Positions 1 to 14,046 of a DNA stretch of 64,000 nt are shown piece after piece. This stretch comes from Tubulanus polymorphus (Eukaryota > Animalia > Nemertea), in the NCBI RefSeq assembly GCF_964204645.1, contig NC_134030.1, forward strand, positions 6,924,778-6,988,777, read 5' to 3'. The position numbers were made by a program, and so were the translations under genes. Each line of letters starts with the position of its first letter. Within the stretch, counting starts at the first letter, position 1. The notes beneath the pieces are model-generated. The model was given only the letters and a program-made list of their open reading frames with translations. It had not been told where the DNA came from and searched no databases.

Positions 1-173
1 ATAACAATATCCCGAATAAACCCGAATTGATTTTTGTCCCAACTTCATTTCATGCCGGATATAATGAAGTATTAGCTCTGAAGTTTATATAATAAAGGCT
101 TCACCATAGTACGAATGGTCCAGATAATCGGAGGTTTAGGTTAACTAAATTAATATTTGTATATCTTGTCTAG

Positions 174-811
174 TATGAATGTCTATTGGAGGCGTGCCAA
201 TCAAAGTTTGCTACACCTGCAGAAAGGAAACAACACCTGATTGATGCTCATAAGTATCCAGTCAATTTCAGATTCGACAAAGGACGACGGTATTGAAAAT
301 ATATTTTTGCTCCCTATAAATTATTTTGTTTTATATACGTGTTTTTATTCAGGTTTGGGCGGTTTTTATACATTTCAGAAAATCGAAAAGTAAGAGGAAA
401 ATTTCACCGAAAATGACCGCGCCCGATCCCGTTGGACCAGACAAAATGGACACCGTCGAGACACAGCCCGAAGCATCTATAGATCAGAGACTGAAAAACA
501 ACAGTTACGATCATATGGTCGTAGATCAAACAGTCAAAACTTCTCCTTCGAAATTCAAATTTTCCTACAGGTAAATGACTAATCGTATATACAGCAAGAG
601 TTGAAATGATTTTCTAAGACTAGTCATTTTATTTTAAAGCGTTCCGAAAACAATCTGTTTTGGGCAAGGAGTGCGTCGTGGATTTCAAAGACCTCCGAAG
701 AAAAAAGGCAGAAAACATTGGCACCAGACAGCAGCACCGAATGAGGAAACTAAGAAAAACATCGAGGATATCGATTTCAGTGATATTGCTAAAACAATGG
801 ACACTTTATGA
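174..811 (+). CDS. ZNF511: Zinc finger protein 511, 3' part (last three coding exons; gene begins before the window)
   Basis: Exons 174-289, 379-570 and 640-811 join in frame at GT-AG sites. They give YECLLEACQSKFATPAERKQHLIDAHKYPVNFRFDK...VPKTICFGQGVRRGF...*, matching the recalled ZNF511 motifs YQCLVEGC..HLYPADFRFDK and IPSTICFGQG..RGF. Confidence 0.9.
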
Positions 812-2657
812 GATACAAGCTTCAATCAAATCATTGGTCCTTCAGTAAATGCTGCTTTGGTCTGATACAATTTGTTTTAGATTTAGGCAAATAAAGGAAT
901 ATTCTTTTAATTCATGTTTTATTCTCTCACATTCATGGCTTTTTGCTGATTTTTTGGCTATTTTCATTGGTTCAAATCAGTCATTTGGAGACGCTTTCAA
1001 GCATATCGATGCCTTTTACATTGCAGCTGACCACAGGAAGTTGAAACTGTTAAAGTCTTCATAGCTGGGATTATCATCGTGTTAACGACTTATCGAAATA
1101 ATGATTTGTACTTAATGAACTGAATTGGCTATATTTGACTCAAAATAGTGACTACTTAACCCTGAGATGCCCTGCGGGTCATATATGACCCCACCTATTA
1201 AGCTGGACATAAATTTAAAAACTGCTGATGGTGGGTTTCCAGAGTTCTTAGATGCGTTTAAGAGCACCTGTGCTACCTAAAAAGCCCAATTTTACATATA
1301 TGAGCCTTATCGGTTAGTAGAAAACTCATTAGGTGGCGCTCCATAAAATCAAATTTTAAGTAAATGTGATGACTTATCCAAACAACAAACAAATTCAACT
1401 GTACAATGAAACCTCATTGTTTGAAGTAGTAAGGCTTGGGCATAAGTGAACCAAGATCTCGATACATTGGCTACCATCTTTCAGTCTGATGGAAACTATT
1501 GGACTGCTTGCCACAACCCTGATAGGAAATCCTCTGATCCAATTGTGAATTGAACTAATAAGAGCTTATCTTTTTAGTGAGATACATGAGAACATTTAAT
1601 AACATGAAGAAAGCACAACATTAGGCAAATGTACAAATACATAGCAAGCAAAGAAAACAGCAGATTCAAGAAATGATAATTCATCATTAGACATCGTACA
1701 TCAAATCGGCTTCACAAGGATTCGTGCACGTTGTAGCTTATGAAACAAACTTTAAAACTTGTCCTTCTCGAAATACAAGTACTCGGCACATGAAATAAAT
1801 TAAACTCTTTATCGAGGAGAAAAACAGCACAGATTTAATATATATTCAAAATGAAAATGAAGAAAATTGTATTGGCATGTATGATTACAATTTAGTTTGA
1901 GAGGAGAAATTATAATAAATATAATTGAAGGTCCCTTTCTGATTGTTATTTATCCATCTCTAACCTTTCACTGTTTGAATACTAAAGAAAACATCTCTTC
2001 AGCAACTAAACTACTTTAATCAAAAGTACATGTAGAAATATATATTTTTATAATATCAATCATTTGAGTTGCCATAGATTCTTAGAGAATAAAATTATGT
2101 TCTTCCTTTGGATAAATACTGGAAAATAATCTAAATAATCATTTGTTTTTTTTGGTTAATTTTTGTTTTGAAGAGACACTGATAAAATAAAGCACCGTTG
2201 AAAAGAAATGGCAACTGATATCGTATACTCATGTCATCGATTGGGTAGATCCCAAATGGCCATGGATAAATGATAAAAGTAAAGTTGTCAGAATGCATAT
2301 ATGATAAAATGCCCAACAGGTTACGAGTAAGACGAGTTCTTTTGCTGCATCCATTTGAAAAGCAAACTTATCCGGCAATAACAGTCAATTTCATTTACGA
2401 TTAAAAATGTCCTAGTTGAAGCCTGGGCGTTTAAAATTTTGAGGAACTAATGGTTATGAGGGTTTGTCGATGATGCTTTTCTTTTCTATTTCGATATAAA
2501 AAGAGCCTCGAAACTGTATTCAACCAAGAAAAAAGAATCTAAATAGATGAGTTTCTGCTGGAGTGAAAAGGAGAATAAAAAACATTTTGGCTAAAACGAT
2601 TTGAAGAAGGGAGAATGATAATAGCAATCCTAGCTTAACCACTACTAATACACAGTA

Positions 2658-2970
<313 letters not shown>

Positions 2971-3263
2971 ATTCGGATTTATATTACATATATAGTTATT
3001 ATAATTCCATGACTAGAATTCAACCAATCACAGTTCGATAAACTTAACAATGCCTCCGTAAAAATATTTAACGTCGTTATGCTAGCGCGCGGCGACAGAA
3101 CACGAATGAACTTGAACGTTTTTTTTTACAAGTAACAAGAACGAGAGAGTAAAACCGGCTCATAATCCGGATATCATTTCAGATCCACCGATGTGCATTC
3201 AAATATGCACAGAATGCACTTTTTTTCAATCGGATTTTTGCTAAATCCTTTACGCTAAACGAT

Positions 3264-3390
3264 CCGGTTGCTCACTAGTTGGTTTCAAGATAACCGGCGG
3301 ATAAGTACTATAGTAACAATGAACTTTTAGTCGCCACTATGTCAACTATCCACTGGTTAGCTCTCACCAACTTTCGAGCAACAGGCCCCC
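3264..3390. mobile_element. Short MITE (Harbinger-like, degenerate)
   Basis: Imperfect terminal inverted repeats ccggttgctc..agttggt / accaact..gagcaacagg enclose ~125 bp. Confidence 0.5.
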
Positions 3391-3933
3391 GGATTATAAG
3401 AGGGTTTTACTGAGTTATTTTTTCTTCGAATATGGGCATGAAAGATTCATCGAGGCACGTTTCACATCACATGAACTACCGCGATGTGTGGCCTTTATAC
3501 ATTAAACAGCACAGATTCCTGTTTTTTTTTTAAATTCACGTTTTCGACACTAGAGCGCGCCGCGGTCCTCTGGGAGGCCAATCCGCAGGCGTCATACGCC
3601 CGTTATACACAATACTAACAAGATTTCCTGTAACTACGAACTATTCGCATGATCACCAAACAGTGCAACAACAAACAAGTAATTAACGCCACGAACCAAA
3701 TCTATCGTGTTCCCTGTCAGAGTAAACAGCAGCACGTGTCCCTCCCTGGGATATTCATTTATTCATACACCAAAACGCAGCGGACCCAGCCACTTCTCTA
3801 CTTCTGCTTATATATATCACAATGTTCTGATATGACTTTTTTTAATAATCTCTAATATTAGTTCATCAACAAACTATTCATTCACTATCAGCTACACACC
3901 TGAGACACAACGCCCGAGTTCTACTACAAGTAA

Positions 3934-6648
3934 TCACCGCTTCGTTTTTCGCGACGAGAATAATTTCGCTTTCTTACTGATGTGGTCGTGTAAACGCCCG
4001 TCCGCGACCGTCATCGGCTGTTTATCTAATTCCAACATCGCCTCCTGAATCGCAGCTTCCAAGTTCGAGTTCATCTTGCGCCCTCTAAAGTGAAAATAGT
4101 GAGAAAATTAGCACATTTTGGATTTGCCAATTTTGATCCTCCATGGACGAATTAGAATTTTTCCTTTGAAATTCAACGTACTTGCGATGTTTTTTGCGCG
4201 CTCTGTGATGCGCTTCTAAACCTTCCGAAAGAGTTTTCAATTTATCCGGCTCAACTTGAGTACATGAGTAATCGCCAAACCAACGAACCCACAACTGAAA
4301 ATGTAAAATTAAACAATATAACAGCAACTTCAGCATTGTATCTTCTTTCATTTTACTAATTATCAAAATTCATGTTTTTGTTCCTCCGTGGGGTGTCTGA
4401 CCAGCTCGTGAAACATAGCCCGCTAAAAATGGACAAACATTTGCATTGCCTACCTTGCCCTCCTCCGTTTTGTGATGGTTGACTTTGATATCCGACTTGT
4501 CGACCAGTTTACCGGGCCACGATGGAAAACCGCGAATTTGTCCCCAAACTAGATCGCCGACGTTGAAACTACGAGGGAAGTACAATCGGCCGCAATCCGA
4601 GTCATCATCTATGAGAAAAAAAGATTCATTGGTCATATACTCATCAGTGAAGGTTCAACCACTTGAATTCATCAAATGCACTTTTGGATATTAGTTCATG
4701 AAAATACGTGAAACAGATGGAAACTGTTTGATAATACACACAATCTAATCATCTCAGCAAATTTCCCTGATTTTTACTTTTCTTTTTACTAAACTACCGA
4801 ACTATTCCCTGACTTTTCTCAAAGAAATGAAAATTCCCCGACTTTCCCCGATTTCCAGGTACGTAAGTGCAAACCCGAATGACTACCTTGGTATACCAGA
4901 ATTTTTCAACACAATTTGAAATCAAAAATACCCGGTCGTAGTTTAATGGAAAATGAACTAGAAAAAATTCTGATTTTGAGTTGGGGTAATGAGCTGATAA
5001 AAGAGTAGTAACTACTCTCAAATTGTAGAGGTAGTCAGGTGTGTAAGGTTGCGTAATACGAAGCAATGAATACTGAGTTCAAGTTCAAATTCATCGAGGC
5101 CGGATGAACAAACTACACTTACCAACATCCATACACTGATCACTGTCATCATCATCTTCATCTAACTCGTCATCCTCGTCGTGGAATTCGTACTCGTCAG
5201 CAAAACCGTCGTGCGGTCGTTTAATTCCTCTGCCGGTAGACGGCAGCACCGAGTCGCTGTTCTCGTGCGTTATACGGTGATACAACGCCGCGACGGGCGC
5301 GATCAGGTCGCCGGGCGTATTCTTACGTGACACGTTGTTATTATTGCGCAAATCGCCATTGTTTTCGCTGGTTTGCACGATGCCAGTCGAGTATGGATTG
5401 TCGTCGTCGTCAACGCCTTCAGTCTCCTCGTCATCTTCGCTGTCGGGATCGTCGTCGTCATCATCGTCGTCGTCTTCGTCGTAGTTGTTATTCGACCAAT
5501 CCGGCGGCGGCTGTTGCTGGTAGGCGATCGTTTTGCCCGTATCGTCGCTCTGATCTTCCGAGTTGAATTGCGTCGTGTCGTTGCCGCTGTTCTGCAGTTG
5601 ATCAGGCGTCGCGAATCGGTCGAGCGAATTCTCTTCCGAATCGTCGAATCGAAGCGACGTTTCCGACACTTGAAGAATCGGCATTTTATCGTTCAGCGTA
5701 ACGGGCGAGACCGCCGTCGATTCAGGCACGCTAACCGACAGCGGCTGAGTGATCGGTATCGACGAAACGGCGCCGTTCGAAGAAACGCTCGTCGCCAACC
5801 GCGACGCTTCGACCGACGAATGCGCCACCGATAGTTTACTTTTCGTAAAACCTTTACTTTTCACCTTCACCGGTTTAACGGCTGCGTGGTCCGACTGCGA
5901 ATTCGGGCTCTCTAAACAGTTACCCTTGACGACGGCGGTCACGGCGTCGGTGAGATTTTTAGGAGTAGGCAACGGCGCTGCGTATGCGGATATCGCGCTC
6001 AAAGCCGAACTCGACGTGATGATAGTCGACGCGAAACCTGTCGCCGTTTTACTGAACTTTACTTTGATCGGCGGAGTCTTCGACGCGCCACCGCTTACGG
6101 CCGGACAGTTGGCTACCGCGGCGCTGCTACGGTCTTTAGACGACGATTTATCGCGACGTTTCGAACGCGGAGATCGCGCTTTCGTTTTGCTCGATTTCGC
6201 GTTCGTCGTTTCGGTCGTTTGCATCGTCGCCGACGACGACGACGATACAGGAATATCCGACTCAGCCGTTGATGATGGAATGCCGGCGCCATCTGCCGCA
6301 ATTGTTAAATCGGCGATCGGAGAAACTTCACTAGCGCACGTCGTAGAAGCAGTGGCTGCGCCGACGATATTAACATCGGTTGAAGGAATGGATGAAACGT
6401 TATTCGGTAAACTCGACGTTGTGGCGACATTGTTCTGTAAGTTCGTCATCGCTACGGTGTTGTTTATGAGATTAGTCCACGGAGACAGTAACTGTTGCTG
6501 CATCGCCAACGCCTGCAGCAAAGCGGGATTCATTCCGTTCGTAAGCATGCTCATCTGCGGGTGTAAGTTTAGCTGTCCGGCTTGATCGGCTTGTAATAAC
6601 ATCTGCGGATTCAGTCCAGTCATTCCGGGCATATAAATCAACTGCTGC

Positions 6649-6683
<35 letters not shown>

Positions 6684-9600
6684 ACGATGTGTCGTATCTT
6701 TAGGTTTTGTAACTGTAGCCGATAGTGTCGGTGCGGTGACCTGCTGTTGAGCGACCGGATTCATCGCGCTGCTAGTCGCCGTGACGTTATTAGCGGCTTG
6801 CTGTAGCTGTAACATAGTCGCAATTGTCGGCGTCGATGACTTGCGATTGCGTTCTTTTTTCTGTTTCGTTTTATTCACCTTCGACGAAGCGACAGCCATG
6901 AGGTTATTGTTGTTCGCCGTCGCGCCGGCAACTGGACTCGTTAACGGGCCCGTCGCGTTATTCAACGTCGTCGTAGACGGAATCTCAATCGACGATATCG
7001 AACTCACCGAACTGCCGGTCTCCGATTGTTTATCGGCGGCCGGTTCGGTCGCCGGTTCATCTGCCGCGCTCATATCCATCGTATATTCGATGGTTTGATT
7101 AGCGGCGTCCGTATAACCGGCGCCGCTGTCTGCAGTAACCGTTACGCTCTGCTGCTGCTGTTGTTGAACTAACTGTTGCGTAATAAGCTGTTGATTACTG
7201 AGCGCATTCGCGCCGGCGAGCTGATTCGCGATCAGTTGTTGTTGAATCTGTTGATTCGTAGGATTCAACGCCGACTGCATCAACGCGAGTTGTTGATTCA
7301 ACAACGCAACCGAATTCGCCGTCTGACCGTCCGCGATCAACGGACTCAACAGATTCAGGTGATTCGGAATCAGCACGGGCGCTTGAACGGCCGTTATTCC
7401 CAGCGTGTTGATGAGCTGCACGACCGGTTGGTGATTGATAACGGGCTGCGCGATACCGACCGCCGGTATCACCTGACTCAGGCTGTTCGTCACCGCGCTC
7501 ACGACCGGCACGGTCATCGGCGGCATCGGACTGTTCAAACTGACCATCGGAATCCCGGCGAGTCCTAGACCCTGATTACCGGCGTTCGACTGCGGTTGAA
7601 TACCGATATTATCAGGCGTTAACGACGCGGAATTGACGGCGGCGATGCTCGTCGATTGTTGTTGGATTTGAGATCCACCGATCGGGTTACACAACGGGTT
7701 ACCCGTACTGAGAACTACTTGTTGCGGCGTAGGAACGATATTCACCGACTGAGGCGCGTTCATCGTATGCGTATCACTGGCGTATATTTGAGCGCATTCG
7801 TTGCTAGGTTTCGCGCGGATATTATTCTCGACCGCCGCGGTCGTCTTAATCACCGATTTCGAAACGTCCTTCGCGACGCCCGGTTGAGATGATTTCGCAA
7901 GCGGTGTACTATAAGTATTCGTCGACGCGGCGCTGTTCTGCGAAACCTCGAGGCCCGATATCATATTTTTTACCATCTGTATCGGATTCTGTTGCGAACT
8001 GATCAACGAGGGCGTACTAACAACCAGATTCTCAGAGCACGGTATTTTCTGCTGTTGTTGCTGCTGCGCCCAACTGGTTACAGGCTGCTGCTGTTGTAAT
8101 GAGTTCTGGTTCTCTTGTTGTTGTAGCTGTTGTTGTAGCTGGAGTTGCTGTTGAAGAGCCGCGTGTTGTTGCTGCAACTGTTGTTGCAGATGGTGTAGTT
8201 GTTGTTGTAAATGTTGCTGGAACTGTAACTGTCCGATGAGCTGTTGCTGTTGCACGGGCGTGGCTTGTTGTAGTTGCTGATGAAGTTGCGTTTGAATCTG
8301 CTGTAACTGGTTCTGTAATTGTAACTGTAGTTGATGCTGCTCTTGCAGCTGCACTTGCTGCTGCATGAGCTGTTGTAGCGGTAGTACGACTGGTTTAATC
8401 GGCATCAGTTGATCGTGCGACGATGGCACCTGTTGATGCGGTTGAGGATTAACGAATTTCATCGTAGGCAGCGACGTGGCGCCGGTGTTCATCAACTGCG
8501 GTTGGGCGCTAATTTGGCCGGCCGTGGTTTTCATGATTTTCGACGTTCCGGCAGATTTTTGAACACGCGCCGCAGCCGACGACAGCATCGTACTTGCCGG
8601 AAACTCTCCCGAACTCGGTTTCGCGTTGCTGTTCAAAAATGACGTCATACTCGGAAGCCCGCCTTTCGATTGCGCGGTTTCGGATTTCGACGTTTGTTGA
8701 ATTCCGAAGTTTCTCAGCAGCTGACCGGCGATACCGCTCTGTTGCGAGGTGGCGCTGGTCGCGACCGACGCGTGTTGAGCGGTAGTGGAAGCGTTCGTGT
8801 CGGATGGCGACGTTTTAAGCGGAGATATTCGCGGCGACGCGGCCGTCATCGTTACGGTCGTAGTCGTCATCAACGAGCCGACCGCCGATGATTGTTGTTC
8901 GGTGCTGAAACTTGATGTACTATTCCTCGTACTCGGTACTGGTTTTTTCAATGGCTGGTTTGAGAAAGGCAGTTGCATAGAATTATCAATCGCAATCGAC
9001 GCTGGTTTCTCTGTTGACATCGATCGAACGTCTACATTCGGACAGCCCGGCAACGTCGCTGGAAAGTTATTACTACTACTACCGATATTATCCTTTTTTC
9101 GATCTTTCTTGCAACGTTTTTTCGCCGGCCGATCGTCCCACTGCGCGACGTCTCCGTATATTCCGCGCGCGTCCATCACCATCGCGCCGTGCCCCGGGAA
9201 CGAGGGTCGCGGCGCTGGCGGGCCCGCGTGCTCGTACTGCAGAAACCCGCCTTCGAACTGATTCGTACAGCAGTTCACCGATAACTGGTGATGCTGGCCG
9301 GTAAGATGAGACATCGGTGCGGTCGGTTGTAGAGGAGGAAACGGATAACCGGGCGGAACAGGCGGCTGTTGAAAGTCCAAAACCTGGGGTTGATTACTGT
9401 TACTCATTACTGTATCGACACGAATGACGTTCGGCGATGAATTCATGTCTTTCGCAGTTTTAACGACAGTTTTATCACATAAGTTCTTATTGCTTTCGTC
9501 CGTACTGAGTTTCAGGTGTTTTTGTAACGCCTCGGTCTGTTGTAATAGATAATCCATGTAACCGGTTGATTGTTTATCGGCGTCGGTCGCCACGCTCGAA

Positions 9601-12600
9601 GCGGTACTACTCGCGGTGCTAGTGCTGCTGCCGCTACTGTTCGACGGTTGTTGAGACGCCGATGACGTTAATGGACTGGATTTTTGTTTATCACGCTGAG
9701 CTAACAACTGAGACACTAAAACACCGTCGTATGGACTCGCGTGTTTACGCTTTTTCTTCTTCTCTAAAATAGCAAAAGGAACAAACATGTTTTAGACTGT
9801 TATTAATCTTATTAAAGTATTCAGAGTTAATGAGCAAAACCACCAAAAACCTCAGCGAAACCAAAATCCTCAATGTTGAGCAGTTTATTTTTTGTTGTTA
9901 TAGCTTGGTTTGGTGTTCTCTCCAATTTTTGACAGAAGACAGATATTCTTATTTCATAACCAGTCTAATTCAACTTGTTGATTTAATTTCACTCTCTTTG
10001 ATTAGATTACCGGTAATAAGAAATAATTTGATTTATGGTATAGCAAGAGACTGCGACAAATTTGTTAATTACGGTAGCATCCACCTAATTCCGATCATTT
10101 GGGGCCAACAAAATTCATCCGATTTACGGGAAATCCGGATTTAATTTTCTTCGATGAACCACCCAGTTCGAGTGTTGTATTCTATGAAATCAAATCTAAA
10201 ATCTAACCTTTCTTACTTTTCTTGTCTTTCTTTCGAGATGAAGAGGACGTAGACGCGGCGTTGTTGTTTTCGACAGTCGACGACATCTGCAGTTTGGCAC
10301 TACTCTGAAGGGCGTACATCGCCGCGACTTTTCGTTTATGATTACAAAGATTCGTCAGGTCGTCCTGACACGAGACGTTATCAGCAGTCCACTGCTCGGA
10401 TATTACATTCACGTTGAAGTTAAACACTTTTTCTATCACAAGTGGACATTCCAGGCCACATTTACACGTTCCTTCAGTCACGATATAATTCCTTATATCC
10501 AGACACGTTTTCAGTAAAGTATTACTGGGGCTAGAAAATTGAAGAATGAAGAGAATCTTAAGTGAGAACAAATTATTGTAGTTCAAAAAACATACATTGT
10601 TGGATCCCAGTGTTCCCCATGCTCGAATTTCAAAAGGGCTGCATTCATCGTTAAGTGTTTGACATCGTGGCTGCTGAAGTAGCAAGGCTTTCGATCCCCC
10701 AAAAATACAGACAATTTCAGCTTCACTTGGCAGTGTAATCATCTATTTTTCACATTAGCTGAATATATTTCAAAGCAAATATCAACATTGATAGAATAAT
10801 GACATTCACTCTGGTGGGGGCTGCAGATATTTTACAAGGGGTAGCTGATCTCATTGCAAGAGGAGTGGATGTGAAAATGAAAGGGGTGGCTACCCCTCTA
10901 ATACATGTTGTGGAGAACACCGGGCAGATTAATTTGTTCAAAAAGTAACTAAGACCAAGATTGTTCTTCAGCCTACAATTAGAAGGTTCCTTTCATAACA
11001 GATCGGGGAAAATATCAAGCCAGGAATATCTTACCTGTAATATTGGACAGCTCCGTGGACTATTTCGCGTTTCCAACCGAATGGGACACGTATCGACGAA
11101 GGTTTAACATCCGATGATGCACCGGTGCTCACGACCTTCGAGGTCACCGTAGCTGGCTCCGAATGACAATAACTACCCGATGACGAAGTTGTCGTTGCGC
11201 CATCTGTTTGAGATTTTAACGAGGAGTCCGACGTCGCTGTATCCGGATAACTGACGCACATCGACGCCGTACTAGTCGTCGTCGTGTTAGTCGTCGCCGC
11301 GAACTGGAACGGAATTCCGCCGCCCGACGCGCTACAGTTCGACGATATCAAATCCTGCGAGATTCCGTTCAGTTTCGTGGCGGCAGCGGTCGCCGAATTC
11401 GAAACGACGGTCGTCGCGGCGGCGAGGGACGCGAACGGCGGCAACGTCGCTCCCGACTGCGACGTATTATTAAACGATGTCATGGCGTTTATTGACGATG
11501 CAGCTGCGCGAGGTGAACACATCGCACCAGCGTTGTTGCTGTTGTTATTCAACGGCTGTTTATAGGAATGTGAGGGCTGCTGTTGAGATTGCGGATTATG
11601 GAAAGTACTGTGCGATAGAATAGCCGTCGCGGGCGCCGCCGGCATTCTCTGAGTCTGAGGCTGCATTAAGTTTGTTGCGTTGTTGTTGTTTTTAAACTGA
11701 GGAGGGCAGTGCGGAGGGGGAACGAAATTTGCGCTGTAAATATTCGGCGAAAATTGCGACATCGAGGGCGGCGGTGCGAGCTGCTGCTGCTGCAGCGGAT
11801 AATGCGCGTGCGCGTTCTGAATATGTGGAATAAAATGATGCATAGCACCGGCGCCGCTGATGTTACTATTATGAGTTCGAATATTTCCGATGTGTTGTTT
11901 ATATGCGACGATGTCCGGCGGTGTTTGTTGTTGTTGTAAGCTGATGTGGTGACAGTTATTATTCGCCGCGCTGTTCGCCAAGTTATACGACGCCGAACTA
12001 TCGACGATGCAACGCTCGCCGATGTGATGATGCTGCTGCAGCTGCAGCGCGGACGAAGAATGCGGCACCGCGCCGAGAACGGAATCGTGATTGACGAACA
12101 CGTGCGAATCGCTGCACGACGAATTATCCAAACCGCTGCCGTACCCGCTGCTCTGGTGGTCGTACGACGATTCCGAACTGCCGCGATTGTTGTTGAACGC
12201 CGGGTCGACGCCGACGCCTTCCATTTTAACGATATCTCCGGCGCCGCTGCCGTCCGGCTTCAACGCTTTATCGACGGACACGAGCACGTTGACGTTATGC
12301 TGTGTCGACGGTTGATGGTGTTGTTGTAAATGAGCCGGTATGAACGTACTGGCCTGACCGTGCACGGTCACCTGTCCGTGCGGCGACTGTTTCACCGTGC
12401 TCTGAAACACCGTCTGTATCGGCGGTATGTGCGGCATTTGCGGAACCTGTGACAGACTCTTGTCGAGCGCCGCGGCGCCCGACGTGAACATGCCGCCGAT
12501 GTTCGCTTGACCGACACCGGCGGCGTTCAAACTCGGAAGGCCGGCGCCGACCGAATGGCCGAGATGCCCGATCGGGTACTTCGGCGAAACTGGAAAGTTC

Positions 12601-12935
12601 TGATTTTGATAGTGATGTATTTGAGGCGTTGCCGGTGCCACGTGAGTTATAGCCGTGCCTGTCATCCATATGGCGTTCTGATTACCTCCCGGACTGTGAC
12701 AGGTGCTGCTGTTCATCGGATTCGGAAACTGTAGCTGACCGCAGCCATAGTGGCCTCCGGGCAACATAGACTGCGCGTTCAGGTGATAATGCGGATCGAT
12801 ACTACCTTTTTGGTAGCCGGGTGATATTTTGTGGCATCGCACAGGAATATCTTGTTGAAAGAAACTGTTGAACTTCGGCAGAGGAGCTTGTCTCATGACA
12901 ATTGCTGGGTCATTATTTTCAGACCCATCCATCAT
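3934..12935 (-). CDS. MBD5: Methyl-CpG-binding domain protein 5/6 orthologue (MBD + C-terminal PWWP), ~2,427 aa
   Basis: Six coding exons (12935-11035, 10530-10208, 9763-5123, 4608-4454, 4294-4182, 4084-3934) are in frame and total 7,284 nt. Motifs: MBD5-type [39 protein letters not shown]; [12 protein letters not shown]; [29 protein letters not shown]; C-terminal [14 protein letters not shown]. Confidence 0.93.
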
Positions 12936-13959
12936 GAAACATCATCTCGTTCCTTTTACTCCATTGGTAAAGTTATTTACCTTGAAAGAAAAGATGAGAG
13001 AACATTAAAAACAAGGTCTAATCGCTTAAGACTTTGAATTGATTATATTGGCGTCTTTTAGGTTTTGAATTTGTCAATGCCATTCGGGACAAACTGGGTC
13101 CAATTTCAGAAAAACAAAATTCGAACTTGTTTATACATTTTCCGCTTGATTGCTTGTAAGGTGTTCCAACACTACTTCTACAAATAATTGCCAATTAGCT
13201 GCCAACCAGTTTTCCACATAAATATTTCTATGAAACTTCTATATCTGCTTACAAAATTTCTATAACATCAGCTTACAAGAATGTAATACATTTCATCGAT
13301 GATCGGAACATTGTTCAGTTTTGTTTCAAATTAAACTTATCAGTGCTGAGGCAGGCAGGTTTGACAGATATTATGCCATGGAAGGTTGACCATAAATAGG
13401 TCCCTAAACATTAGGCACCACCTAGCTCAAACCAAAGGTGACTGGAGGAGTGTGGTCTTATTATGACCATTAACTTAACAGGAGGTATCAACAAATTTTA
13501 GATAAGGCCTAATTACTTGTCTCATTAGTCATTAACTGTTAGTGCAGAGATTGGTGTTGAAAACTGAAGCCCAAAAATTCATTAATTCAAACTCTTTACT
13601 TCTGACACAAGATCAAAGCACCGTCTACAAATTCATGAACTGCCAGTTAAATACATCGAATAATTACCAATTCCACATAAGAAAAACAAGCCGTTTGTCA
13701 TTTCTAGCGTATCCGAGATAACTCCAAAAAACGAAAATCCAGGAAATGTTTTTAGCAGACACCTGTCTCGAAAGTGAATGTTCGCCGTCGATTTCTAGCG
13801 CATCTGGGCCGTCTACGACTGCTAGCTGTCATTCGATATGAACTGAAACGATCGCTCTATTCGGCGCTGACGATTTCTCGGCGCTAGTTCGATCGTTTGT
13901 ACGACTTCGGAGACGATTTATTCCCGTCTTTAGTCACTAAAACCATAGCTCTCCGTCTA

Positions 13960-14046
13960 GAAAATGGCAACGGTATCTCTGCGCATGCGCGCGTGCAGTC
14001 TATTTTTCCGGAATGGTTTCAATTTATGACATCAGGTGGCAGCACC
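13960..14046. promoter_or_regulatory. Putative MBD5 promoter with NRF1-like and CTCF-like motifs
   Basis: CpG-rich stretch at ~13780-13995, palindrome GCGCATGCGC at 13981-13990 and ATCAGGTGGCAGCA at 14031-14044. It lies upstream of the splice acceptor of the first coding exon (exon begins 12980). Confidence 0.5.

Noticed and set aside
1156-1195. piggyBac-like end (TTAA-CCC..GGGTCATATATGACCC)
   Set aside because: No matching opposite terminus or transposase was found.
5327-12734. Many antisense or alternate-frame ORFs over MBD5, up to 278 aa
   Set aside because: Shadows of GC-rich, low-complexity coding exons, with no recognisable domains.
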